In this document: one piece after another, positions 49,716-57,942 of the stretch
Numbering within the stretch: the stretch's first letter is position 1
How the letters are laid out: every line of letters begins with the position of its first letter
Notes under the pieces: model-generated
What the model was told of the DNA's origin: nothing
The model's input: the letters and a program-made list of their open reading frames with translations, nothing else
The model's database searches: none
Source of the DNA: an uncultured virus (IMG/VR IMGVR_UViG_3300028588_000812)
Taxonomy: Duplodnaviria > Heunggongvirae > Uroviricota > Caudoviricetes
DNA: 64,000 nt
Virus record (IMG/VR): IMGVR_UViG_3300028588_000812
Strand: one strand, 5' to 3'
Position numbers and translations under genes: made by a program

Positions 49716-49801
49716 TGGTGCGTATGACGGGATTCGAACCCGCACGCCCTTACGAGCACTAACCCCTCAAGCTAGCGTGTCTACCATTCCACCACACACG
49801 C
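49716..49801 (-). tRNA. tRNA-Leu(GAG)
   Basis: Cloverleaf, CCA encoded. Confidence 0.93.
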
Positions 49802-49814
49802 GTAAAATATAAAG

Positions 49815-49886
49815 TATCCCCAGAGGGATTCGAACCCCCGACCTCTTCGTTCGTAGCGAAGCGCTCTTCCGCTGAGCTATGGAGAC
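49815..49886 (-). tRNA. tRNA-Arg(ACG)
   Basis: Cloverleaf. Confidence 0.93.
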
Positions 49887-50124
49887 ATAATAGAAAGTTT
49901 TTACACTTCCTATTGTCCTACAATGAATGACCTGACGAGCCATTCAGAAAGTTACCGCCAACCGTGCTTACCAAAAGATATACAGGATTGGAACTGCCAT
50001 AACTTACCGACAAACCTTCGCATTCAGAACCTTAGATTCCAATGCTCTCTTTCCGGGGGTTGCGTCCCTGCCTAGCTTTAACAGTGACCTTTGTACTAAA
50101 GTACATGGTTTCACAAACCGTGCG

Positions 50125-50196
50125 CTCCCCGTCAAGGACTCGAACCTCGAATGATAGGACCAAAACCTATAGTGTTGCCAATTACACCAACGGGGA
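50125..50196 (-). tRNA. tRNA-Gln(TTG)
   Basis: Cloverleaf. Confidence 0.93.
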
Positions 50197-50259
50197 ATAG
50201 CATATTTCTATGCCGTATATTTATTATAACAGATAAATTTCTATCTGATACGTTTTTAA

Positions 50260-50841
50260 CTAAATTTTATATTGACTTAAATCAATACCTACACTAGTTG
50301 TTTTAATAACACTATCAGGTTTAACTGAATCGTTGCTAAGTTCACTGTTATCATCAACTTTAGCTTCTGCATCTTTCTGAGCAAATAAATCGCTTTGTGT
50401 CAACTGTGGTTGAGTGTTGAACGTTGCACCTTGTACAGGTTGTTTGCTTACTTTACCTGTTTTTAGAACTTGTGCAAGATGTAAACGAGCTTTTTGGTTA
50501 GCTGGGTTTGTATAAGATGCTTCTGTTTTAGGATGAATTGGTGTTCCGTCCCTGTTTCCAGCTTGTGAGATTGTTAAATGCCACCCATCAGGTAAACGAA
50601 CTAAGTATGTTAGTAATGCTGTTGCAAAAGCTGAACCTACTGATATTTCACCAAAGTGTTTTGGCATATTATCATGGTCGTGTACATTTGTTAACTGGTC
50701 AACCCATTCTGGATCATATTGAGCGATACCATAATTGTTTCTTAACCATTGACGGGTGAAACTAATACGCTCTGCGTCATCTACATTTTCGTCTGCAAGA
50801 ATTTGGTCAAAATTGTGATACTGTTTAGTTACTTTTGTCAT
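50260..50841 (-). CDS. Hypothetical protein (start trimmed to MTKVTK)
   Basis: Longer ORF overlaps tRNA-Gln. Confidence 0.7.
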   Translation of the reverse strand: MTKVTKQYHNFDQILADENVDDAERISFTRQWLRNNYGIAQYDPEWVDQLTNVHDHDNMPKHFGEISVGSAFATALLTYLVRLPDGWHLTISQAGNRDGTPIHPKTEASYTNPANQKARLHLAQVLKTGKVSKQPVQGATFNTQPQLTQSDLFAQKDAEAKVDDNSELSNDSVKPDSVIKTTSVGIDLSQYKI

Positions 50842-50901
50842 AACAGAATTATAACATATATAACAAAAAGCCCTTAACTGATTAAAGGCTTTTTGTTTTT
50901 G

Positions 50902-50973
50902 CTCCCCATCAAGGATTCGAACCTTGAACAATACCTTCAGAGGGTAGTGAGTTGCCAGTTACTCCAACGGGGA
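50902..50973 (-). tRNA. tRNA-Gln(CTG)
   Basis: Cloverleaf. Confidence 0.92.
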
Positions 50974-51020
50974 ATATATTGTATATCTATCATTGCTAAT
51001 AAATATTTGCATTATATGCG

Positions 51021-51093
51021 TGTTCGTAGAGGGACTTGAACCCCCAACCGTTTCCGAGTCATGGAAGTGCTCTACCAATTGAGCTATACGAAC
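51021..51093 (-). tRNA. tRNA-Val(GAC), atypical loop
   Basis: Loop AT-GAC-TC. Confidence 0.75.
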
Positions 51094-51237
51094 AAGTTAA
51101 CGCACCCAAACCCGCTTCAATAGTATTTACTTGATGGAATTCGTTACGTTGCGGGAGGCATACGTTTCTCTTTGTGACCTTCTACCTCCTGTGCCAAGCT
51201 AAATTTGCAACTTTAACTTGACAATATCTTTGTTACG

Positions 51238-51311
51238 TGGAAACGACGAGAATCGAACTCGCCCCACGAACCCTGCCAGGGTTCATCGCCTTCCTTGGTA
51301 CATGCGTTCCC
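51238..51311 (-). tRNA. tRNA-Ala(GGC)
   Basis: G3:U70, atypical D arm. Confidence 0.8.
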
Positions 51312-51324
51312 ATATTTTGTTTTG

Positions 51325-51400
51325 CGACCGTAAAGGGATTTGAACCCTCGCTCTCTACCGTGACAGGGTAGCGCTTTAACCCAGACTAAGCTATACGGCC
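51325..51400 (-). tRNA. tRNA-Asp(GTC)
   Basis: Cloverleaf. Confidence 0.93.
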
Positions 51401-51405
51401 ATGCT

Positions 51406-51576
51406 ATTTAAGTAGGTGTGCTGTTACGCTAAAGGCAATCGGGAGGTTACTCCACAAAATGAAGACAGGTCAGATTATTCTCTACAAACTCTTCGCTTCC
51501 AGGGAGCTAACTAGGTTAACTCTTGGCACCACTCTTTAAAAGATGGCTGCTTCTAAGCCAACTTCCCTACTTAAAT
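51406..51576 (-). ncRNA. 23S rRNA GTPase-associated-centre (H43/H44) mimic RNA, copy 1
   Basis: GGAAGTTGGCTTAGAAGCAGCCATCTTTTAAAGAGT-[insert]-GCGTAACAGCACAC closed by ATTTAAGTAG/CTACTTAAAT. Confidence 0.8.
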
Positions 51577-51584
51577 GTATTGCG

Positions 51585-51658
51585 TGGCTAAGGTGAGAGT
51601 CGAACTCACTATGTCCTCCTTATCAGAGAGGTACCTATACCTAATTGGAGTCTTAGCC
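51585..51658 (-). tRNA. tRNA-Ile(GAT), atypical D arm
   Basis: Loop CT-GAT-AA. Confidence 0.78.
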
Positions 51659-51718
51659 ATAACTTGCTGTTTAGCCAGTGCAAGTAATTCCTGGTTCTCT
51701 CACAAATCTGTGAGTTCG

Positions 51719-51803
51719 AGACGCTGACCGGATTCGAACCGGCGTGCGGGTTTTATCCCTAACTGGTTTGCAAGCAGCTTCCTAACCATTCGGACACAGC
51801 GCC
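51719..51803 (-). tRNA. tRNA-Cys(GCA), long V arm
   Basis: Loop TT-GCA-AA, U73. Confidence 0.75.
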
Positions 51804-51857
51804 ATATGATTATACATTTCAGGTTAATCTTCCTGCTAGGTGCGTTTCCTAGATGCG

Positions 51858-51930
51858 TGGGTCCACAGGGAGTCGAACCCTGATTTCATGGGTAAAAGCC
51901 AAGAGTATTAAACCATTATACGATAGACCC
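51858..51930 (-). tRNA. tRNA-Lys(TTT)
   Basis: Paralog of 46215-46287. Confidence 0.85.
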
Positions 51931-52050
51931 GCAAGTGTTTTGCTACGTGTTACAAAACATGCCTAACTTTGTTTTCACGCTCCCGTTTCCTGTAGAAACA
52001 ATTAACGTTCTTCAACTTATGTCAAAGAACAGGGTAGGTTAGGTTTTGCG

Positions 52051-52139
52051 CGGAAGCGATGGGGTTCGAACCCACGTCAGAGTTTGACCCCTGCTAACGG
52101 TTTAGCAAACCGTCCTCTTTACCATTTGAGTACACTTCC
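52051..52139 (-). tRNA. tRNA-Ser(GCT)
   Basis: Cloverleaf, long V arm. Confidence 0.92.
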
Positions 52140-52145
52140 ATGTTG

Positions 52146-52219
52146 CAGCGTGAGAAGGACTTGAACCTCCAACTGACATCCATATCTGGACCGCCTCTTG
52201 CAATTTGGGCTACCACGCT
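52146..52219 (-). ncRNA. tRNA-like RNA, anticodon undeterminable
   Basis: Acceptor and T arm present; anticodon loop collapsed (TCCA-GATA-TGGA). Confidence 0.55.
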
Positions 52220-52300
52220 ATATCCCTTATATGCTAAGGGAAGCAGTCAAGAGTAGTGCCACCGTATTGTGGTCTATGCCTTGAAAGTTTATTTGTTACG

Positions 52301-52375
52301 TGCCTATGAGAGGACTCGAACCTCCAACTAGCTGCTTCTAAGACAACTTCCTCTACCAGATTGGGATACATAGGC
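52301..52375 (-). tRNA. tRNA-Leu(TAG), short V arm
   Basis: Loop CT-TAG-AA. Confidence 0.8.
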
Positions 52376-52420
52376 AAAGTTTTGATTATAAGTTTATTTA
52401 CAACCAAAACTATGGTGGTG

Positions 52421-52606
52421 TTAAAGATAAAATTCTTTACCTTCATATTCAACGATGCGAACTTGCACGTCCGAACGGCAGTAGTCGCAGCAACCTTGTG
52501 TTTCAATATCAAAACGAATATCTAGGATATCTGTATCAATATTTTCATAACCTAATAATGTGAGAAGGTTAATTGCTTCGTTAAATGTTTCTTTGTAACT
52601 TGTCAT
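52421..52606 (-). CDS. Small hypothetical protein (start MTSYKE)
   Basis: AAGGA SD; CCDYC motif. Confidence 0.6.
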   Translation of the reverse strand: MTSYKETFNEAINLLTLLGYENIDTDILDIRFDIETQGCCDYCRSDVQVRIVEYEGKEFYL

Positions 52607-52770
52607 TATGGTCCTTACTTTCTGTCCTCTGTGGACCAAATTCCAAGATACTTCATGGGTAAGGTATAACGTTTGTTCGGTAGTAGAAGAGCCGGAATCC
52701 AACCGACCTCTCTTGACGTGCGCCAAGCGGTGCCATTTCCTTAGCAGCGACCTGTCTTTTACTACTTTGC

Positions 52771-52842
52771 TCCCCCGGAAGGACTCGAACCTTCAACATC
52801 CTGGTTAACAGCCAAGCGCTCTGCCAATTGAGCTACAGGAGA
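52771..52842 (-). tRNA. tRNA-Asn(GTT)
   Basis: Cloverleaf. Confidence 0.93.
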
Positions 52843-53119
52843 ATATAGTGATTGTTTAGCCACGTTCACTTAGACGCGGAAGCTTATGTGGAACTATTAG
52901 CGGCCTACCGCCTAATCGACATAGTTACTGTGCCGTTCACGTTATACGTGAAATGATATTACTTACAAGGTCTTATATCAAGGTTTCCTTATAAGTCGTC
53001 CTTAGGGACTTTATTACAGCAATGTTTCCTTGTGCCGTTCATTTGTACAACAACCCCTACCGCTATTGTTGTCTGTAAACACTCACACCACCATTTGTGT
53101 TTACGCCAATTCTTTTACT

Positions 53120-53590
53120 CTATACTGATTTTTCCCAAATCATAAAGTCAGTGCCAACATAATAAACAACGTGAGGGTCCACATGGGTTGCTGTGAAACC
53201 AGACGTAGAAAGAACATGCTGCATAGCTTTTGAACCAGGATGCACACTTGCAGTGAAATGTTTAGTTCCAGCCGCTGTAGCCTTTTCAAGTAGTTTATCT
53301 ACAATTAAGCGACCAGTACCATGTCCTCGGTTGGAAACATACACACCAGAAATATATCCGGTAGTTGTATCAATAAAGCCGGTTCCAACGATGTTGTTAT
53401 CATGTCGTACAATGAGACAAATACTTGTTTCAAGTTTTGAAAGAACCTCAGCAGGATTATATTCACCATTAAGCCATGCACCAATATTAGGATGGTCAAG
53501 ATGTGGTGAAGCAAGTGATACGCTTGTTACATGTTCAATCACTGATTGAACATCTTCAGCAGTCATTGGGTTGATTACTAAATCAGTCAA
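53120..53590 (-). CDS. GNAT-family acetyltransferase
   Basis: YV.NRGHGTGR.I acetyl-CoA motif A; TTG start with AAGGA SD. Confidence 0.8.
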   Translation of the reverse strand: MTDLVINPMTAEDVQSVIEHVTSVSLASPHLDHPNIGAWLNGEYNPAEVLSKLETSICLIVRHDNNIVGTGFIDTTTGYISGVYVSNRGHGTGRLIVDKLLEKATAAGTKHFTASVHPGSKAMQHVLSTSGFTATHVDPHVVYYVGTDFMIWEKSV

Positions 53591-53612
53591 GCTTTGTTCC
53601 TTTTCATTTGCG

Positions 53613-53686
53613 TCGGGATGACAGGATTTGAACCTGCGACCCCCTGTTCCCAAAACAGGTGCGCTACCAAACTGCGCCACATCCCG
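53613..53686 (-). tRNA. tRNA-Pro(TGG)
   Basis: Cloverleaf. Confidence 0.95.
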
Positions 53687-53782
53687 AAATAAGTTTCCTT
53701 GCGGTTGCTTACATATATTACTATACACTATTATCGGCTTTAGTTCAAGTTTTTAACAACTTTTACTAAAACTTGTATAGAG

Positions 53783-53870
53783 TGACGCGGACGGGAATCG
53801 AACCCGCAATCTCTTTTAAGAGACACTAGATTGAAAGTCTAGCTGCCCATGCCAGTAGAGCGACCGCGCC
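53783..53870 (-). tRNA. tRNA-Glu(TTC), long V arm
   Basis: Loop CT-TTC-AA; V hairpin TCTCTT/AAGAGA. Confidence 0.78.
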
Positions 53871-54040
53871 ATATCTTCACTTTTCATGTGTCAAATAAAT
53901 CACTACTTTATTTTTAACATGCGTTGTGAAGGGTTTTCTTATCCTATTCCCATCAAATATTATGATGACAGTTGGATACAAGTAGTGAACTTGTACCCAT
54001 TTCTGCTAGAAGACCTATCTAGGAGGTTTAAGAAGTTGTT

Positions 54041-54269
54041 GGTGTCCAGTGTGCTTTTACGCCAAATACTCTAACCCAAGTATATCCAAAACCGGGCGGT
54101 CCTTACACCCGTTACATTTTCATGGTTAGTTAGTAATACCATTACTTGCTATTTCGGCTTACCCTGAAAGGAACTTACTTCCAGGCTCTAGGTGCGGGCC
54201 TTACCTAACGTCTGTCCCGCTTGTAACTCTTTAAAAGGTGGCTGCTTTTAGGCCAACTTCCTGAGCACC
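54041..54269 (-). ncRNA. 23S rRNA GTPase-associated-centre (H43/H44) mimic RNA, copy 2
   Basis: CAGGAAGTTGGCCTAAAAGCAGCCACCTTTTAAAGAGT-[insert]-GCGTAAAAGCACACTGG closed by GGTGCTCAG/CTGGACACC. Confidence 0.8.
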
Positions 54270-54271
54270 TG

Positions 54272-54345
54272 TGCCCCCTCAGAGACTCGAACTCTGGACC
54301 CACTGGTTAAAAGCCAGTTGCTCTAACCAACTGAGCTAAGGAGGC
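54272..54345 (-). tRNA. tRNA-Lys(TTT)
   Basis: Cloverleaf. Confidence 0.95.
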
Positions 54346-54385
54346 AAACATAGTTTCCTATGTAAACTTTGGTTATTTACTAAAT

Positions 54386-54571
54386 TTAGTAACTATTGTG
54401 GTGGCCTGCACCATACGACATTCCACCGGCTGTACCACGCATGGTTTCTTCGCTGGTAGGAATTTCTCTAGGGTCGTAATATGAATCAAGTTTTGCGTTA
54501 TTTCTCCTACTGATAGCTAAATAAATTGTTAATCCAATAATTGCTATTAATAGTACCGCTATAATCCACAT
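54386..54571 (-). CDS. Small single-TM protein
   Basis: N-terminal hydrophobic helix. Confidence 0.7.
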   Translation of the reverse strand: MWIIAVLLIAIIGLTIYLAISRRNNAKLDSYYDPREIPTSEETMRGTAGGMSYGAGHHNSY

Positions 54572-54613
54572 ATTATTTCCCTTTTGTTAGTATTATTTAA
54601 TATACTAACGTTG

Positions 54614-54687
54614 AGCCGCTTGTCAGATTCGAACTGACGACCCTCGCTTTACAAGAGCGATGCTCTGGCCAACTGAGCTAAAGCGGC
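54614..54687 (-). tRNA. tRNA-Thr(TGT)
   Basis: Cloverleaf. Confidence 0.95.
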
Positions 54688-54787
54688 ATAGTGGAAGTTT
54701 TTGGCTCCAAAATGTGACAGGCCCCATTTTGGTTTTGTTCTTCCTCGCCCGAGAGGTTACCCCGAGTTTGCTAATAAATTAGCTGTG

Positions 54788-54861
54788 AGCCGCCTGTCGG
54801 ATTCGAACCGACGACCCTCGCTTTACAAGAGCGACGCTCTGGCCAACTGAGCTAAGGCGGC
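54788..54861 (-). tRNA. tRNA-Thr(TGT)
   Basis: Cloverleaf. Confidence 0.95.
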
Positions 54862-54905
54862 GTAATTACTATCTAATCCTACTTGCGTATAAAAGATAGT
54901 ATACG

Positions 54906-54979
54906 TGGGCAATGAGGGACTCGAACCCCCGACTTCCTCCGTGTTAAGGAGACACTCTAACCAACTGAGTTAATTGCCC
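54906..54979 (-). tRNA. tRNA-Val(AAC)
   Basis: Loop TT-AAC-AC; body like Val(TAC) at 1862. Confidence 0.9.
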
Positions 54980-55134
54980 ATAAACCCTACCGACGAACTT
55001 CAATATCGGCGTCTTTCTAGTGTATCCGGGTATCAGATACTGGAAACCAAATTGCTTTGCCTTCCACGATTATTAACATTCAATAGTTGTTCAAGCTATT
55101 TCATATTTTGCAACATGTGTTAATCTACTTTCGT

Positions 55135-55205
55135 TGCCCTTACCGGACTCGAACCGGTGACACACAGCCTAGAATGCTGCTGCTCTTCCAACTGAGCTAA
55201 AGAGC
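55135..55205 (-). tRNA. tRNA-Arg(TCT)
   Basis: Loop AT-TCT-AG. Confidence 0.82.
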
Positions 55206-55318
55206 GGGTTGAGTAAATAGGTTCCGTGTACTTTGTTCATTTACTCTAGAAACTTCCAGTCACTTAGAAAGGCTACCTCTTGCCTTACATAATGTGGCCA
55301 CATTATGCAGTTTCATTG

Positions 55319-55392
55319 TCGGGATGACAGGATTTGAACCTGCGACCCCCTGTTCCCAAAACAGGTGCGCTACCAAACTGCGCCACATCCCG
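55319..55392 (-). tRNA. tRNA-Pro(TGG)
   Basis: Identical to 53613-53686. Confidence 0.95.
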
Positions 55393-55443
55393 AAGTTATT
55401 ACTATTGTATCATATTTCTCTGCTAAACACTGGTTAATGTTTA

Positions 55444-55522
55444 TGGCGACCGTAAAGGGATTTGAACCCTCGTTCTCTACCGTGACAGGGTAGCGCTTTG
55501 AGCCAGACTAAGCTATACGGCC
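55444..55522 (-). tRNA. tRNA-Asp(GTC)
   Basis: Cloverleaf, CCA encoded. Confidence 0.93.
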
Positions 55523-55535
55523 ATATTGTGTTGCG

Positions 55536-55618
55536 CTCTGGTAGCAGGACTCGAACCTACATGCATATTTCAGCGGGGCATTAACAGTGCCTTGGGACGC
55601 CAATTTCCCATTACCAGA
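55536..55618 (-). tRNA. tRNA-Asn(GTT), long V region
   Basis: Loop CT-GTT-AA. Confidence 0.75.
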
Positions 55619-55729
55619 ATACATTCAGATATAACGACCAACTGAATTAATTGGTTAGTGCTTACGCCACTACTCTGCCTCACCAAGGCCCAGCTTCTTC
55701 ATCTGGGAGAGCATGTGGGATACGTTACG

Positions 55730-55816
55730 CGGATAGGATGGGAGTCGAACCCACACGCGACTTTCGCCGCAGACTGTTTTCTAGACAGTTGCCGCCACCA
55801 TTCGGCTGGCCTATCC
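55730..55816 (-). tRNA. tRNA-Ser(AGA)
   Basis: Loop CT-AGA-AA; duplicate of next gene. Confidence 0.88.
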
Positions 55817-55858
55817 ATATGCAAACATTTCTGTTCACTATGGTGTTATTTTGTTACG

Positions 55859-55945
55859 CGGATAGGATGGGAGTCGAACCCACACGCGACTTTCGCCGCA
55901 GACTGCTTTCAAGGCAGTTGCCGCCACCATTCGGCTGGCCTATCC
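55859..55945 (-). tRNA. tRNA-Ser(TGA)
   Basis: Loop CT-TGA-AA. Confidence 0.9.
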
Positions 55946-55982
55946 ATAAAATTATAAGTTATTCACTTGTAATTTAAGTGGT

Positions 55983-56056
55983 TGCTCAGAGGACAGTCAT
56001 GACTCTGCCCTGTCTGCTAATGAAACAGACACTTTACGTAAAGGTTGTTACTGAGC
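55983..56056 (-). pseudogene. Degenerate tRNA-like element (CAT loop)
   Basis: GCTCAG/CTGAGC acceptor and anticodon-like arm; D and T loops non-canonical. Confidence 0.4.
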
Positions 56057-56059
56057 TTG

Positions 56060-56132
56060 TCGGGATGGTGGGACTCGAACCCACGATATCTTGTATCCAA
56101 AACAAGTAGCCTAGCCGCTGGCCCACACCCCG
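56060..56132 (-). tRNA. tRNA-Pro(TGG)
   Basis: Loop TT-TGG-AT. Confidence 0.88.
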
Positions 56133-56153
56133 TTAGTGTGTATATGTGTTACG

Positions 56154-56227
56154 TGGAATATGTGGGACTCGAACCCAGTCTTTTGCTGCCGTCTAACAGC
56201 CGTTCTCACCCGTTGAACTAATATCCC
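56154..56227 (-). tRNA. tRNA-like RNA with Ala acceptor (G3:U70) and 6-nt anticodon loop
   Basis: GGGATAT/ATATTCC-A; arm GCTGT-TAGACG-GCAGC. Confidence 0.6.
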
Positions 56228-56391
56228 AGAAGTTTACATCGCCCTCATGTGACAAAAGGGGGATGTAAACTTTAGCTTATGCAATAAGTAACCCTTACGT
56301 TGCGCTTCGATATCGAGGAGTGCTCACTTCGCATATTTTCATATGCGGGGATATTTCCTACATTACCGGAAAACTACAACCCTAGGGTATG

Positions 56392-56464
56392 TGGAATCTA
56401 GGGGACTTGAACCCCTCGCCTCTGCCTTGCAAAAGCAGCGCTCTACCAGATGAGCTAAGACCCC
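56392..56464 (-). tRNA. tRNA-Ala(TGC)
   Basis: Cloverleaf. Confidence 0.92.
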
Positions 56465-56478
56465 TCAAAATCTATTTA

Positions 56479-56631
56479 TTCCCCATATAGGATTTGAACC
56501 TATACGAAATTTTACGCAAAATGTTTCCATTTTGTTTATCCTTCGCCACTCTGCTTAGCACATGTTAACCATACTGTTTGTTGTTAATTTAGTGTCATCA
56601 CAGCCGCTGTGTACCGTTTCAGCAATGGAGC
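56479..56631 (-). ncRNA. Expanded tRNA-like RNA (same plan as 46304-46462)
   Basis: CTCCAT/ATGGGG acceptor, D arm, T arm GGTTCAAATCC, GAAA-capped V hairpin. Confidence 0.6.
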
Positions 56632-56656
56632 TAGATTTCTTTGATATAAAATATCG

Positions 56657-56729
56657 TGGAGTCTAGGGGACTTGAACCCCTCGCCTCTACCTTGCAAAAG
56701 TAGCGCTCTACCAGATGAGCTAAGACCCC
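56657..56729 (-). tRNA. tRNA-Ala(TGC)
   Basis: Cloverleaf. Confidence 0.93.
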
Positions 56730-56866
56730 ATATTAGTATAATAAAACTATACTAAGAAAAACGAGTTGTAAACCATACCAGATTGTTTTATCCCTTCAAC
56801 CAGAAGGCAAGGAATTGAACCTTCAATAATTTACCTAACAGAATCGAACTGTAATACAACTCTTCG

Positions 56867-56940
56867 TATCCCCGACGGGGCTCGAACCCGCAATCTTCAC
56901 CTTGAGAGGGTGACGAGATAACCAATTACTCCACAGGGAC
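56867..56940 (-). tRNA. tRNA-Glu(CTC)
   Basis: Cloverleaf. Confidence 0.9.
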
Positions 56941-56970
56941 ATATTTGATACGTTTGTTACTTTATTGCAG

Positions 56971-57100
56971 TGGAACCAGAGGGATTTGAACCCTCAGTCT
57001 TCCCGATTATCCACAGGTCGCTTTATCCACGGGTGCTTTCTTTCTTAAACAGTTACTAGTATGATTAAGACTTACTGATACCTTTTTAAGCTATAGTCCC
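56971..57100 (-). ncRNA. tRNA-like RNA with large D-loop insert and G3:U70
   Basis: GGGACTA/TGGTTCC-A acceptor, canonical T arm. Confidence 0.6.
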
Positions 57101-57204
57101 ATATTTCACAAAGGATTACTTTGTAAATGTTTGGATGAGATAAGCCTAAACTTTTCCCGCTGAATAATTTCAGCCATACACTTCAAAAGCGGTGTATATT
57201 CCAG

Positions 57205-57277
<73 letters not shown>

Positions 57278-57393
57278 ATATACCTATTTCAACAGGCTTT
57301 CATAGGCATTTCCTGTTATAGCATTTTTGGTGAGCTAGATGGGTTCTTATGTCAACGTCTAACTTTCTCGTCAGTTTGCAAAAACTGGCCTCG

Positions 57394-57466
57394 TGTCCCC
57401 AGAGGGATTCGAACCCCCGACCTTTTGGTTCGTAGCCAAATGCGCTATCCGCTGCGCCATGAAGAC
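57394..57466 (-). tRNA. tRNA-Arg(ACG)
   Basis: Cloverleaf. Confidence 0.92.
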
Positions 57467-57572
57467 ATGTTCACGTTCTTTTGTGTTACTTGTTACATTA
57501 CGAACGTAATAATGTGACAAAAACTGTCTCCCCCAACCTGACGGAACAGGCTTCCGTATGGGTTTGACTGAG

Positions 57573-57656
57573 TGCTCCCAAGGGGACTTGAACCCCTACG
57601 CCATTTCTGGCACTAGCTTCTTAGACTAGCGTGTCTGCCAATTCCACCACAAGAGC
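57573..57656 (-). tRNA. tRNA-Leu(AAG)
   Basis: Loop CT-AAG-AA, long V arm. Confidence 0.9.
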
Positions 57657-57830
57657 ATGTGGGTAAGGTGTCTTTAAGCGAACCGAATTCCGGTTCACCT
57701 TTGTCACAATGAGTATACAAGTGTTTGCGCAACTTTATACTTCACCTTTGGCTATTTCTCTGACACCCCTAAAAAGGAATGCCAGTGCATCATAACCAAG
57801 TCCGAATATCGCAAAATAAACGAACTTTTG

Positions 57831-57910
57831 TGAGGTCTATGGGATTCGAACCCATTCAGCTAAGCAACAGATTTACAGTCTGTCCCGGCTCTCCAACTCC
57901 GGCGCGACCC
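57831..57910 (-). tRNA. tRNA-Tyr(GTA)
   Basis: Loop CT-GTA-AA. Confidence 0.85.
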
Positions 57911-57942
57911 CTCAGTGTGAATAAACATTAATGTTTATATCG

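Noticed and set aside
52325..52352. Third GTPase-centre mimic (GTTGTCTTAGAAGCAGC)
   Set aside because: This is the anticodon arm of tRNA-Leu(TAG) and has no H44 partner; the resemblance to H43 is probably coincidental.
51406..54269. rRNA gene or host rRNA contamination
   Set aside because: Only about 55 nt of 23S-like sequence is present, split by inserts and closed by non-rRNA helices, with no flanking rRNA sequence.
55651..55977. Plus-strand ORFs with internal repeats
   Set aside because: They are antisense translations of the duplicated tRNA-Ser genes.
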